The notes under the pieces are model-generated. The model ran no database searches. It worked only from the letters and a program-made list of their open reading frames with translations, and was not told the origin of the DNA. A stretch of DNA of 64,000 nt. Source: Blastocatellia bacterium. Its GTDB lineage: Bacteria; Acidobacteriota; Blastocatellia; DASRDY01. The position numbers and the translations under genes were made by a program. Location: assembly GCA_035652355.1 (NCBI GenBank), contig DASRDY010000225.1, positions 3,942 through 67,941 on the forward strand, read 5' to 3'. This document shows, piece by piece, positions 10,241 through 18,861 of the stretch; the first letter of the stretch is position 1, and every line of letters starts with the position of its first letter.

Positions 10241-11101
10241 ATGTCTGATCTTCCGCTCAAGATAGCACTGGCAAAGGTTCCACCAATCAAGTGCCAGGGT
10301 ATAAAGACGAAGCTGGTCCCGTTCATCCTGAGCGGCATCAAATGGAAGTCTGACGGCGGTCGATGGATCGAGCCATTCCTTGGCTCTGGCGTTGTCGCTT
10401 TCAATCTTGCTCCCCCAAAGGCGTTGCTGGCAGATACCAATAATCACATCATCCGTTTTTATAAATCTATTCAGAGTGGGGATATTACGCGCGAAAAAGT
10501 TGGGCGCTATCTTGCCAAAGAAGGGAAGAAGTTATCTGAGCGCGGCGAATATCACTATTACGAACTTCGTAAGCGTTTCAACACTGGCGGTTCACCTCTC
10601 GATTTTATCTTCCTGAATAGATCGTGTTTTAACGGGGTAATGCGATTCAACCGCCGGGGTGAATTCAACGTTCCCTTCTGTAAAAAGCCGAATCGTTTTA
10701 CACAGAGCTATATCACAAAGATCGTTAATCAAATCGCCTGGGTAACGCAACAGATGCGCGATAAGCAGTGGGAGTTCATCGTCGCAGATTGGAGAGATAT
10801 TCTGGCCGAAGCGAAACCAGATGATTTCGTTTATCTCGATCCGCCTTACATTGGGCGCCACACCGATTATTACAATTGGTGGAGCGAAGATCAGGCTATC
10901 GAGCTAGCCGAACAAGCCAGACAATTGCCCTGTGGATTCGCACTCTCAATGTGGCTCGAGAACCGGTATCGAAAAAATGGCCATATTGAAAAATATTGGA
11001 ACGGCTTGGAAATTAAAGTGAGCCGGCATTTCTATCACGTTGGTTCAACTGAAAGCCTGCGAAACGCGATCGATGAAGCGCTGGTTATAAAGTCAATGTG
11101 A
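10241..11101 (+). CDS. Dam-family (D12 class) N6-adenine DNA methyltransferase, apparently orphan
   Basis: Aligns motif-by-motif with E. coli Dam: KCQGIK (Dam KWAGGK), EPFLGSGVV (Dam EPFVGAGSV), LADTN (Dam LADIN), [22 protein letters not shown] (Dam [22 protein letters not shown]), and the DPPY catalytic motif. Confidence 0.8.
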   Translation: MSDLPLKIALAKVPPIKCQGIKTKLVPFILSGIKWKSDGGRWIEPFLGSGVVAFNLAPPKALLADTNNHIIRFYKSIQSGDITREKVGRYLAKEGKKLSERGEYHYYELRKRFNTGGSPLDFIFLNRSCFNGVMRFNRRGEFNVPFCKKPNRFTQSYITKIVNQIAWVTQQMRDKQWEFIVADWRDILAEAKPDDFVYLDPPYIGRHTDYYNWWSEDQAIELAEQARQLPCGFALSMWLENRYRKNGHIEKYWNGLEIKVSRHFYHVGSTESLRNAIDEALVIKSM

Positions 11102-11109
11102 GGATCGCA

Positions 11110-14100
11110 TCAGATAATGCGATCCCCGTACCTGTCGGAGCTGGCCATTCGTCCGGTTAGACTGACAATGACCATTGTGAGCTCGCTGGCATCGACCGGC
11201 TTTGCAACGTGCATCTGGAATCCAGCAGCCAAAGCGCGCATTCTATCCTCAAGCCTGGCATAAGCAGTCAGCGCAATTGCCTTGATCTGTCCGCCTTCTT
11301 CCGGTGAGAGCATCCGCAGTCTACGAATCAGGGAATAGCCGTCCTCGGCTGGCATCCCAATATCGCTGACAAGGACATCTGGTAGCTTTTCCCGCGACAT
11401 CCCCTGCAGTATTTCGAAGGCCTCGGCTGCTGAGCCCGCAGCTCTTACCGTAGCACCGTATTGAGAGAGCATTGTTGTTAGAAAATCTCTTGCGTCCTTT
11501 TCATCGTCGACAACGAGTATCTGCAAACCTTCGAGCGCCGATTTTACAAAGATGCCTTCGATATTTAACGATTCATTTGAGTCTGATTCGTCCGCCCGTT
11601 TACCCAAACTAAAATCACGGGCAATCGATATGGGCAGGCTGACGGTAAACGTGGCTCCCTTACCCTCACCTGCACTGTTCACCCGAATTTCGCCTCCGTG
11701 CATCTCGACCAGGTGCCTGACAATTGCCAAGCCAAGTCCCAGTCCGCCGTGTTGTCTTGTAGTGGACGAATCTGCCTGACGAAACCGTTCAAATATATGC
11801 GGTAAAAACTCAGGGTTGATGCCCTGTCCGGTATCACTGACTTTGATCTCTAAATGTGAGTTGATTCTTGCCAGCGTAATCTGCACCTGACCATCCATGG
11901 GCGTGAACTTAATCGCATTTGAAAGAAGGTTCCACACCACTTGCTGGAGGCGCGACGGATCGCCCAGGACTATGTCGTCAGACCATTGATTGAGTCCCGA
12001 CTGAATGTGAATATTTTTTGCGTCGGCCGCTGGACGCACTGCATCGATTGCCGCCCTGATGACATCAACCATGTCTACCGCTCGAACATCCAGTCGAAGC
12101 TTGCCGCTGATGATTCGAGAGATGTCCAGGAGATCTTCAATCAACTGAACCTGCGCCCTCGCATTACGCTCGATAGCCTCAACTGCCTGCTCGGATCCTT
12201 TAGCGTCGAGTTTCCCTGTCTTCAGCAATCGCGACCAACCAAGCACGGCGCTCAGCGGAGTTCGAAGTTCGTGAGAAACAGTTGCGAGAAATTCATCCTT
12301 AATTCGATTCGCATCCTGCGCCACGTAATAAAGCCGGGCGTTGTCTATCGCAATAGCGGCTCGGCGTCCAATCTCTTCGGCCAGCTTGAGATCGTCCTGG
12401 CTATACCGTCTGTTGTCGTCTGACAAACATAGATTGATTGCGCCAAGTTTGTTTCCACGCGCAGTCAGGGCAACTGCCATGTATGATGTTAATCCGATCT
12501 TCTTAAGCAGCTCTTTATGGTGGTTGTTTTTTGCGCGCCGGGAAATCAAGGCATCGGTCATTTCCTCAACCAGTTCCGACCTGCCGGTGCGCACGACTCG
12601 TGGACTCGGTTGGGTCGAGTTCCAATCCGGAGGGAATTGCTGCTGCAACTCGATCAGTAGCTGCTCTTTTGCCGAGTCGCGGTGGGCTGCGGCAACGCGA
12701 CGGAGTTCGCCCTTTTCATCGACAATATCGATGACACACCAATCCGCCAGATGCTGCACGGCAATCCTGGCCAGGCTCTTTAATGTCGTCTCGTAATCCA
12801 GCGATTCGATAAATGTCTCGCTGGCCTGGGCGAGAAATGTCGCCTGTCGTCGCGCTTCCTGTCGCATTAAATTCAAATCTACATGCGCTTTAACTCTGGC
12901 CAAAAGCTCGCGGGCGGAAAACGGCTTAACAAGATAATCGTCTGCGCCGGCCTGCAATCCTTCAACTCGCGATTCTTCACCTGCTCGCGCTGAGAGCATG
13001 ATTACCGGCACGTTTTGAGTCGCAAGGTCTGCGCGCAGCCCTCTCAATAACTCGAATCCGTCTAGTTTCGGCATCATTACATCGCTGAGAATAAGATCTG
13101 GCTTTTGTTGTCGCGCGAACGAGAGCGCCTCTGCGCCATCAGCAACCGCCTCGATTCGATAGATCGGTTCGAGCAAACGTTTGACGTACTGCCGCATGTC
13201 TGCGTTGTCATCAGCAAGCAGAACCAGCGGCCTGTCAGAACCTCGTGCGGGTAGTAAAGAAAAGTCATTGCCCGTGTCAGATTGCGCATCTTCGAACTGA
13301 ATATCGTCAGAAATGTCGTGACTTTCAGTTTCGCTATCGGGCAGCCAGCGCAGCGCTTCTTCGACATACGCGTTTACATTGATACCGGTGCGGCTCATTT
13401 TCCGTTCCGCCAGAATACGATCTTTGGCCAGATGGCCGCTCCCGGACGGGATCGAAACCGTGAACGTCGTCCCGGAGTCAACACCACTGGCAACGCTGAT
13501 CGTTCCTCCGTGCAAACGCACCAGTTCCTGGACAAGAGCCAGCCCTATGCCCGAACCCTCGTACGATCGTGATCTGGCGCCTCGCACCCGATGGAAACGT
13601 TTGAACAGGTTGGGTAACTCTTGTTCGGGGATGCCGGTGCCAGTGTCTTTCACCTCCAGCTCGATGTGATCTACGGCCCAGGAGAGCCGAACCGTTATCG
13701 CGCCATCAAAAGTGAATTTAAAAGCGTTTGAGAGAAGATTAAGAACTATCTTCTCCCACATCTCTTTATCTATATAAATCTTTTCGGGCAACGGTGGGCA
13801 ATCGACGATAAGCTGTAATCCCGCTCTTTCAACCGCAGAGCGAAAAACGCTGGCCAATTCCGTTGTATACGATGCCAGTTCGACGGGTTCATAGGTCGCC
13901 TCTATCCGCCCGGACTCGATTCGAGAAAAATCCAGAAGGGCATTGACCAGTTTCAGCAATCTCAAGCTGTTGCGATGTACCAGGCTCAATTGTTCCACAT
14001 CGTCTGAAGGCAGCCTGTTACTGTCACGCGCAAGCATGTCTTCCAACGGTCCCAGCATCAGCGTCAAAGGCGTGCGAAACTCGTGGCTGACATTACTGAA

Positions 14101-15165
14101 AAAGACTGTTTTGGCGCGATCAAGTTCGGCCAACTGCTCGGCTTTCTCGCGCTCTTCCTGATAGGCAATAGCATTGCGAATTGCGGTTAATATGTGATCG
14201 CCGGCGAGCTCGAAGAAAGCTCGATATTGATCCTCAAGCGCTCGCCGCGGGCTGATTCCAAATACGAGTATTGCATCGGGATGCACTTGTCCCGGTCGAA
14301 TCAAAGGCATTACTAATGCGCTATGAGCCTTTTCCGGATATGGTCCGCCCGGCAGCGGTCCAAATCGTTCCTGCAGATCGGTTATGATTTGAGCAGACCC
14401 GGAATTTGCCACGAATGCCAGCGGCCAGCCTGCTGTGTTCGCGTCTTCCAGAAGAACCGTCTCTGGGCTCGCAGCCGTTCCGGCCTCAAGCCCTGAAGCA
14501 GATTGCAATCTGGTAGTCTTGCCGTCCTTGCTGAGAAGATAAAGCAGCGCGAATGGTACATCGATTGGGTTTTCCGCCAGCTTTTCAGCAGCATTTATAC
14601 AAGCCTCTTCTGGCGTTGTAGCGTCTGCCGCCCTGCGTGAAAGGTCGCGAAGGGTTTTTAATCTGCGTTCACCCTGGACTCTTTCCGTAGTTTCAGCAAC
14701 AACAGCAAGCATGCCGCCTATTCCGCCGGATTCGTCGCGAATGGGGCTGTATGAGATTGAGAAATAACAATTTTCCAGATAACCGTATCGATCCAGCGGA
14801 ATCAGCAAATCGTCCATTCCGACAGCTTCGCCTCTTCTGGTGCTTTCAAAGAGGGGACCGATTTGCGGCCACGCCTCGGGGAAAATTTCCTTTGCCGGTG
14901 CGCCCAGCGCGCCTGGATGTTTGCTTGCTCCAAGAATGATCCGGTAGCGATCATTGTAAAAGAAACGAAATTCCGGCCCCCAGGCGATCACCATCGCAAA
15001 CCGCGAATGGAGCATCAGACTGATCGCCGTTCTCAGGCTCTGCGGCCACGTTTCCACCGGACCGAATGGCGTTTGCGACCAGTCTTTGGAGCGCATCAAT
15101 GCGCCCATCTCACCGCCTCCGGCCAGACAGTCATAGGTCATTTGTTGGGCGGATTGCTCTGCCAT
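11110..15165 (-). CDS. Double hybrid sensor histidine kinase (PAS-like - GAF - HisKA/HATPase - REC - GAF - HisKA/HATPase - REC)
   Basis: Two complete kinase cores (H-boxes SHEFRTPL and SHELRTPL, G-boxes GSGIGLALV and GLGLGLAIV). Two receiver domains (LLADDNADM...DLILSDVMMP and LVVDDEKDA...DVLVSDIGMP). Two GAF-like regions. Confidence 0.85.
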   Translation of the reverse strand: MAEQSAQQMTYDCLAGGGEMGALMRSKDWSQTPFGPVETWPQSLRTAISLMLHSRFAMVIAWGPEFRFFYNDRYRIILGASKHPGALGAPAKEIFPEAWPQIGPLFESTRRGEAVGMDDLLIPLDRYGYLENCYFSISYSPIRDESGGIGGMLAVVAETTERVQGERRLKTLRDLSRRAADATTPEEACINAAEKLAENPIDVPFALLYLLSKDGKTTRLQSASGLEAGTAASPETVLLEDANTAGWPLAFVANSGSAQIITDLQERFGPLPGGPYPEKAHSALVMPLIRPGQVHPDAILVFGISPRRALEDQYRAFFELAGDHILTAIRNAIAYQEEREKAEQLAELDRAKTVFFSNVSHEFRTPLTLMLGPLEDMLARDSNRLPSDDVEQLSLVHRNSLRLLKLVNALLDFSRIESGRIEATYEPVELASYTTELASVFRSAVERAGLQLIVDCPPLPEKIYIDKEMWEKIVLNLLSNAFKFTFDGAITVRLSWAVDHIELEVKDTGTGIPEQELPNLFKRFHRVRGARSRSYEGSGIGLALVQELVRLHGGTISVASGVDSGTTFTVSIPSGSGHLAKDRILAERKMSRTGINVNAYVEEALRWLPDSETESHDISDDIQFEDAQSDTGNDFSLLPARGSDRPLVLLADDNADMRQYVKRLLEPIYRIEAVADGAEALSFARQQKPDLILSDVMMPKLDGFELLRGLRADLATQNVPVIMLSARAGEESRVEGLQAGADDYLVKPFSARELLARVKAHVDLNLMRQEARRQATFLAQASETFIESLDYETTLKSLARIAVQHLADWCVIDIVDEKGELRRVAAAHRDSAKEQLLIELQQQFPPDWNSTQPSPRVVRTGRSELVEEMTDALISRRAKNNHHKELLKKIGLTSYMAVALTARGNKLGAINLCLSDDNRRYSQDDLKLAEEIGRRAAIAIDNARLYYVAQDANRIKDEFLATVSHELRTPLSAVLGWSRLLKTGKLDAKGSEQAVEAIERNARAQVQLIEDLLDISRIISGKLRLDVRAVDMVDVIRAAIDAVRPAADAKNIHIQSGLNQWSDDIVLGDPSRLQQVVWNLLSNAIKFTPMDGQVQITLARINSHLEIKVSDTGQGINPEFLPHIFERFRQADSSTTRQHGGLGLGLAIVRHLVEMHGGEIRVNSAGEGKGATFTVSLPISIARDFSLGKRADESDSNESLNIEGIFVKSALEGLQILVVDDEKDARDFLTTMLSQYGATVRAAGSAAEAFEILQGMSREKLPDVLVSDIGMPAEDGYSLIRRLRMLSPEEGGQIKAIALTAYARLEDRMRALAAGFQMHVAKPVDASELTMVIVSLTGRMASSDRYGDRII

Positions 15166-15560
15166 CGAGTAAAAGCCTTTCGATCCGTGCCCAGGGGGAC
15201 AGATCCTGTAACAGAATTCGCGATCACTGCAGTGGGATTTTCACTCAACAGCGATAATCATAATGAAGTCTTTGTTTGATTCGCCTAAACAGCCGTTAGA
15301 TCACCAATGGTGATAACTCTGTGAACCACGCAGCATCCGAGAGCTCGCATGTCGTTTTTCTTACAGGCTGCTGTTTTTACGAATCCGCAGGAAAGACAAA
15401 GCTCTCGATCTTGCGACAGCTTTGACACAAACCTTACTGGGGAAGTTTTAGCTACTGGAATTTGTGAAATGACAAACTCAGAGCTGTCAAATATTATACG
15501 ATTCCGTGGTTTCCAAAGCAAAGCCGTTGATAATAACAATTTTTGAGAGTCGGCTTACTA

Positions 15561-16781
15561 TCACCTGGGACTGTAATGCGATTCGACGTATTCCGTCAAA
15601 ATTGCATTAAAATCAGCCGCGATTTGCGGTCCCTTCAAGGTAGTAAATAGTCTTCCGTCAACATACACCGGTGCGCGCGGTTCTTCGCCGGTGCCGGGCA
15701 AAGAGATGCCGATGTTTGCGTGTTTTGATTCGCCAGGTCCGTTCACGACACAACCCATGACGGCGACTTTCAATTCCTCAACGCCTTTATAGTGGTTGCG
15801 CCATTCCGGCATTTGGTCTCGCAAATAAGTCTGAATGTCCGCTGCCATTTCCTGGAACAGAGTCGAAGTTGTACGCCCGCATCCCGGACAAGCGGTTACC
15901 TGTGGCAGAAAGCTTCGCAGTCCCATTGATTGAAGGATCTGCTGCGCGACCAGAACTTCTTCAGTTCTGTCTCCATTCGGCGCGGGTGTCAGCGAAACTC
16001 GAATCGTATCCCCGATGCCTTCCTGTAGTAACACCGATAAAGCTGCCGTGCTGGCTACGATACCTTTTGCTCCCATTCCTGCTTCGGTGAGGCCGAGGTG
16101 CAGCGGATAATCGCATTTCTCGGCCAGCAATCGATAAACATCGATCAGGTCCTGAACACCACTGACTTTTGCGCTCAGAATAATTTTATCGTGGCCCAGT
16201 CCATACTCTTTAGCCATTTGAGCGGATTCCAGAGCGCTGAGAATAATTGCATCGATCATTACGGACCGAGCATCGCGCGGCTCGGGCAATCGAGCGTTCT
16301 CATCCATCAGCCGCGCGAGCAATGCCTGGTCGAGCGATCCCCAGTTGACGCCGATTCTGACGGGCTTGTCGTTTTCAATGGCAACATCGATCATCCGCCG
16401 AAAGTTGTCGTCGTGACGTTGGCCCACTCCGACGTTTCCGGGATTGATTCGATATTTTGCCAGAGCCTTTGCACAGTCTTTGTATTCCGTCAGCAGAATA
16501 TGACCGTTGTAATGGAAATCGCCAATTATGGGAGTGCTGATGCCCAAGTCATGCAAACGACTAACGATTTCAGGTACTGCGGCAGCGGACTCTTTTGTAT
16601 TTACTGTAACGCGAACGAGTTCAGATCCGGCTCGCGCGAGCGCAGCCGTTTGCTTTACCGTCGCCGCGACATCTGCTGTATCAGTGTTTGTCATCGATTG
16701 AACGACAATCGGGTGATTTCCACCAACACGTACGCCACCGATATTGGTTACTGCGGCTTTTCTTCTGTCAATTGCGGTCAT
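15561..16781 (-). CDS. ispG: 4-hydroxy-3-methylbut-2-enyl diphosphate synthase (IspG/GcpE)
   Basis: Typical GcpE N-terminus ([29 protein letters not shown]). Conserved Cys residues (CPGC...C) for the [4Fe-4S] cluster. Confidence 0.9.
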   Translation of the reverse strand: MTAIDRRKAAVTNIGGVRVGGNHPIVVQSMTNTDTADVAATVKQTAALARAGSELVRVTVNTKESAAAVPEIVSRLHDLGISTPIIGDFHYNGHILLTEYKDCAKALAKYRINPGNVGVGQRHDDNFRRMIDVAIENDKPVRIGVNWGSLDQALLARLMDENARLPEPRDARSVMIDAIILSALESAQMAKEYGLGHDKIILSAKVSGVQDLIDVYRLLAEKCDYPLHLGLTEAGMGAKGIVASTAALSVLLQEGIGDTIRVSLTPAPNGDRTEEVLVAQQILQSMGLRSFLPQVTACPGCGRTTSTLFQEMAADIQTYLRDQMPEWRNHYKGVEELKVAVMGCVVNGPGESKHANIGISLPGTGEEPRAPVYVDGRLFTTLKGPQIAADFNAILTEYVESHYSPR

Positions 16782-16791
16782 GTTTATCGTG

Positions 16792-16918
16792 GCGTGGACT
16801 TTAGTCCGCGCAAGTCATTCAGCGTTCAAGGTTAAAGGGAACAAACTATCTCATCTACTTAAAACAACGCTTACCTCTGACATTGGTAATTCTATGTTTT
16901 GCGCGGACTAAAGTCCAC
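16792..16918. repeat. Perfect 21-bp inverted repeat bracketing an 85-bp spacer immediately upstream of ispG
   Basis: cgtggactttagtccgcgcaa (16792-16812) and ttgcgcggactaaagtccacg (16898-16918). Each arm contains the palindrome ggactttagtcc. Confidence 0.6.
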
Positions 16919-16927
16919 GTCACGATT

Positions 16928-17380
16928 TCAGGCTTGATGAAGGTCGGTATGCTCTTTCTTGGTTCTGGGTCTGGTATCTTTGCCGGGTCCGACGGTTAAC
17001 TCTATTCGATCCAGGTATTTGACATTGGCGCATTCGTCGACCTCGCCGATAGCGCATTCGGCTGCGTCTGGAATAAAAAATCGAAATGGTCCGCCTTTGC
17101 TGATCTCGATTGGGACTCCGTGAATTTGGAAAATCACTGCCGCTTCCGCAACTGCGGCGATCGGAATGCTGGCGGCAAAATCGTCATGTTCCGCATGCAA
17201 AGTGACATGCGTTGCGGATGGTTTGACTCCGACCTGTTCAAAGAGACTGGCGACCGGAATCCCTGTCGCTGGACGTCCTGATAGCGAGATTTCCTTTTGA
17301 TCGGTTCTGGCAATCAAATCCAGATATTCAAGATTCAGTGGCGTATCGATCTCACCGTCGATCCTCAATGTCACCGACAT
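16928..17380 (-). CDS. Small molybdopterin-oxidoreductase-like (Oxidored_molyb fold) protein
   Basis: The pattern LRIDGEIDTPLNLEYLDL...GGPFRFFIPD...VKYLDRIEL resembles the Mo-cofactor binding domain of the sulfite-oxidase family. At 150 aa it is short, so the assignment is tentative. Confidence 0.4.
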   Translation of the reverse strand: MSVTLRIDGEIDTPLNLEYLDLIARTDQKEISLSGRPATGIPVASLFEQVGVKPSATHVTLHAEHDDFAASIPIAAVAEAAVIFQIHGVPIEISKGGPFRFFIPDAAECAIGEVDECANVKYLDRIELTVGPGKDTRPRTKKEHTDLHQA

Positions 17381-17470
17381 ATTTCACGCTCCATTTTCTC
17401 GGCTGCTAACCAAAACGATAACACAACCGGGGTGATTTTTATCTGCCAACTTATGCGGTTGCTTTTTGCG

Positions 17471-17595
17471 CGTAGCACAATATGGCACGTTGTGTTACAA
17501 AACCCCAAGTTTGGCCAACTGATGTCACAGCGTCACAGTAGAATGTAAGTCCTTCGTTTTCTTTAAATAGAGGTGTGACACCCAATGCGTGACAG
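17471..17595 (+). repeat. Conserved ~125-nt intergenic element, copy 1 (candidate ncRNA or shared regulatory module)
   Basis: Shares cgtagcacaat, tttggccaactg(a/g)tgtcac, taag(t/a)ccttc and gtgacacc blocks with the reverse complement of 33642-33766. Contains direct repeats GTCACAG-C-GTCACAG and GTGACAC-N7-GTGACAG. Confidence 0.5.
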
Positions 17596-17777
17596 TTGAA
17601 TCCTGGCCAACAGGTGTCACACTCTGCTGTGGATTGTGGCCATCGAATAGCTTCTCGCGATCCTGGACTTGCCGATCCAACAAATTCTTCGTTTCTTTGT
17701 TATATTCATGCTGACAGGCAGGTGTCAGCCCGCAGTTGTATACTCTCTGGTATATTTGATCGGTAAAAGGGGACGCG

Positions 17778-18251
17778 ATGACGCCACTAGCCAGGAATAT
17801 CCGTTTCATTCGATGGGAATTGCTGATTCTTTGCGCGCTGCCGTTGACTCGCTTTGTTCTGGAGATTTCAGGAGTCCCGCCCAAGATTACCGAGTTCATA
17901 AGCTTGTGGGGATTCCAACTGGTTCTGATGGTGATTCTGCCATTTAGAATTGTCCATCACGATTTCGGAAAATATGGAAGTCTGTGGACATTAACCGGGC
18001 TATGCTGCCTGGTCGGTTTTGAAGTGGTGGCGTTACTGGTCGCTATAAATTATTTGCATCCGATGCATACGATCTATGCCGAGAATTCACTTCATTTCGG
18101 ATACAGTGGGTTCCAGCACGTTCTTTATCACATATTTTTCAGCCCGATCGAATCGACCGTCGCCACCGGCTTGGCTGCCACGCCGATCTATTTTCTTGCT
18201 CGGGGAATCCGAGCCGGTCGAATGCCGCTGCAAGGTAGACCGGCGAATTAG
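17778..18251 (+). CDS. Hypothetical integral membrane protein
   Basis: 157 aa with about 4 hydrophobic helices. No recognisable family. Confidence 0.4.
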   Translation: MTPLARNIRFIRWELLILCALPLTRFVLEISGVPPKITEFISLWGFQLVLMVILPFRIVHHDFGKYGSLWTLTGLCCLVGFEVVALLVAINYLHPMHTIYAENSLHFGYSGFQHVLYHIFFSPIESTVATGLAATPIYFLARGIRAGRMPLQGRPAN

Positions 18252-18260
18252 AAAAGAGAA

Positions 18261-18626
18261 TTAAAGTGTTGCAGGTTCTTCCATCTCCTCTTCCGCTCTT
18301 GCAGCGTCTTCAGTGCAGGTTGTAGCGGTCGGCAGTGCTTCCAAACGCTTTATTGAAATGTCTTTGCCGCATTCCTGACATTTTCCGTAAGTTCCACGGT
18401 CGATCCGAGCCAGCGCTTCCTCTATAGCGTTATATTGATTGGTAAGGTTTTGACCGATGGACAATGCGGTATCAGTATCGATCATCTGGGCTGATATTTC
18501 GGCAACATCGCTTGCGCTGGCGGTATTTTCCTTTGCGCGCTCTTCTTCGTCGTTAATCTGCCTGTTAATGTCGTTGCGTTGTTTTTCCAATATAGATCGG
18601 AAATGATCGAGTTGCTGATTGGTCAT
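18261..18626 (-). CDS. DksA/TraR family C4-type zinc-finger protein
   Basis: Coiled-coil N-terminus and a C-terminal CQECGKDI...TATTC zinc finger. Confidence 0.7.
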   Translation of the reverse strand: MTNQQLDHFRSILEKQRNDINRQINDEEERAKENTASASDVAEISAQMIDTDTALSIGQNLTNQYNAIEEALARIDRGTYGKCQECGKDISIKRLEALPTATTCTEDAARAEEEMEEPATL

Positions 18627-18861
18627 AGTACTAACTCGCCTTCTGAATATTCACAGTGTTCGCCACTGTGCAGGACAGGTCAAGCAATCCACATGCCGGT
18701 TCAAGGGCGCCACAAAACGATTGCCTTTTGAAATGAGCATTTAGTATTATTACAACCAGCTACTGAGTTTTTCTATCGCTCGCAATTTCGGTATTCCATT
18801 TTTAGGATCGATAAGGCTCGCAAAAATTTAAATGGCCTGGGGAAAGATTTCGGGAAATTCT

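Noticed and set aside
11552-14161. Multiple 60-160-aa plus-strand ORFs (11552, 11941, 12341, 13282, 13379, 13943)
   Set aside because: All lie inside and antisense to the 1351-aa histidine kinase gene. They have Arg/Ser-rich composition typical of GC-rich shadow frames.
16098-16835. 245-aa ORF on the plus strand
   Set aside because: Entirely antisense to ispG, which has a clear conserved protein. It has no domain or start context and is a shadow ORF.
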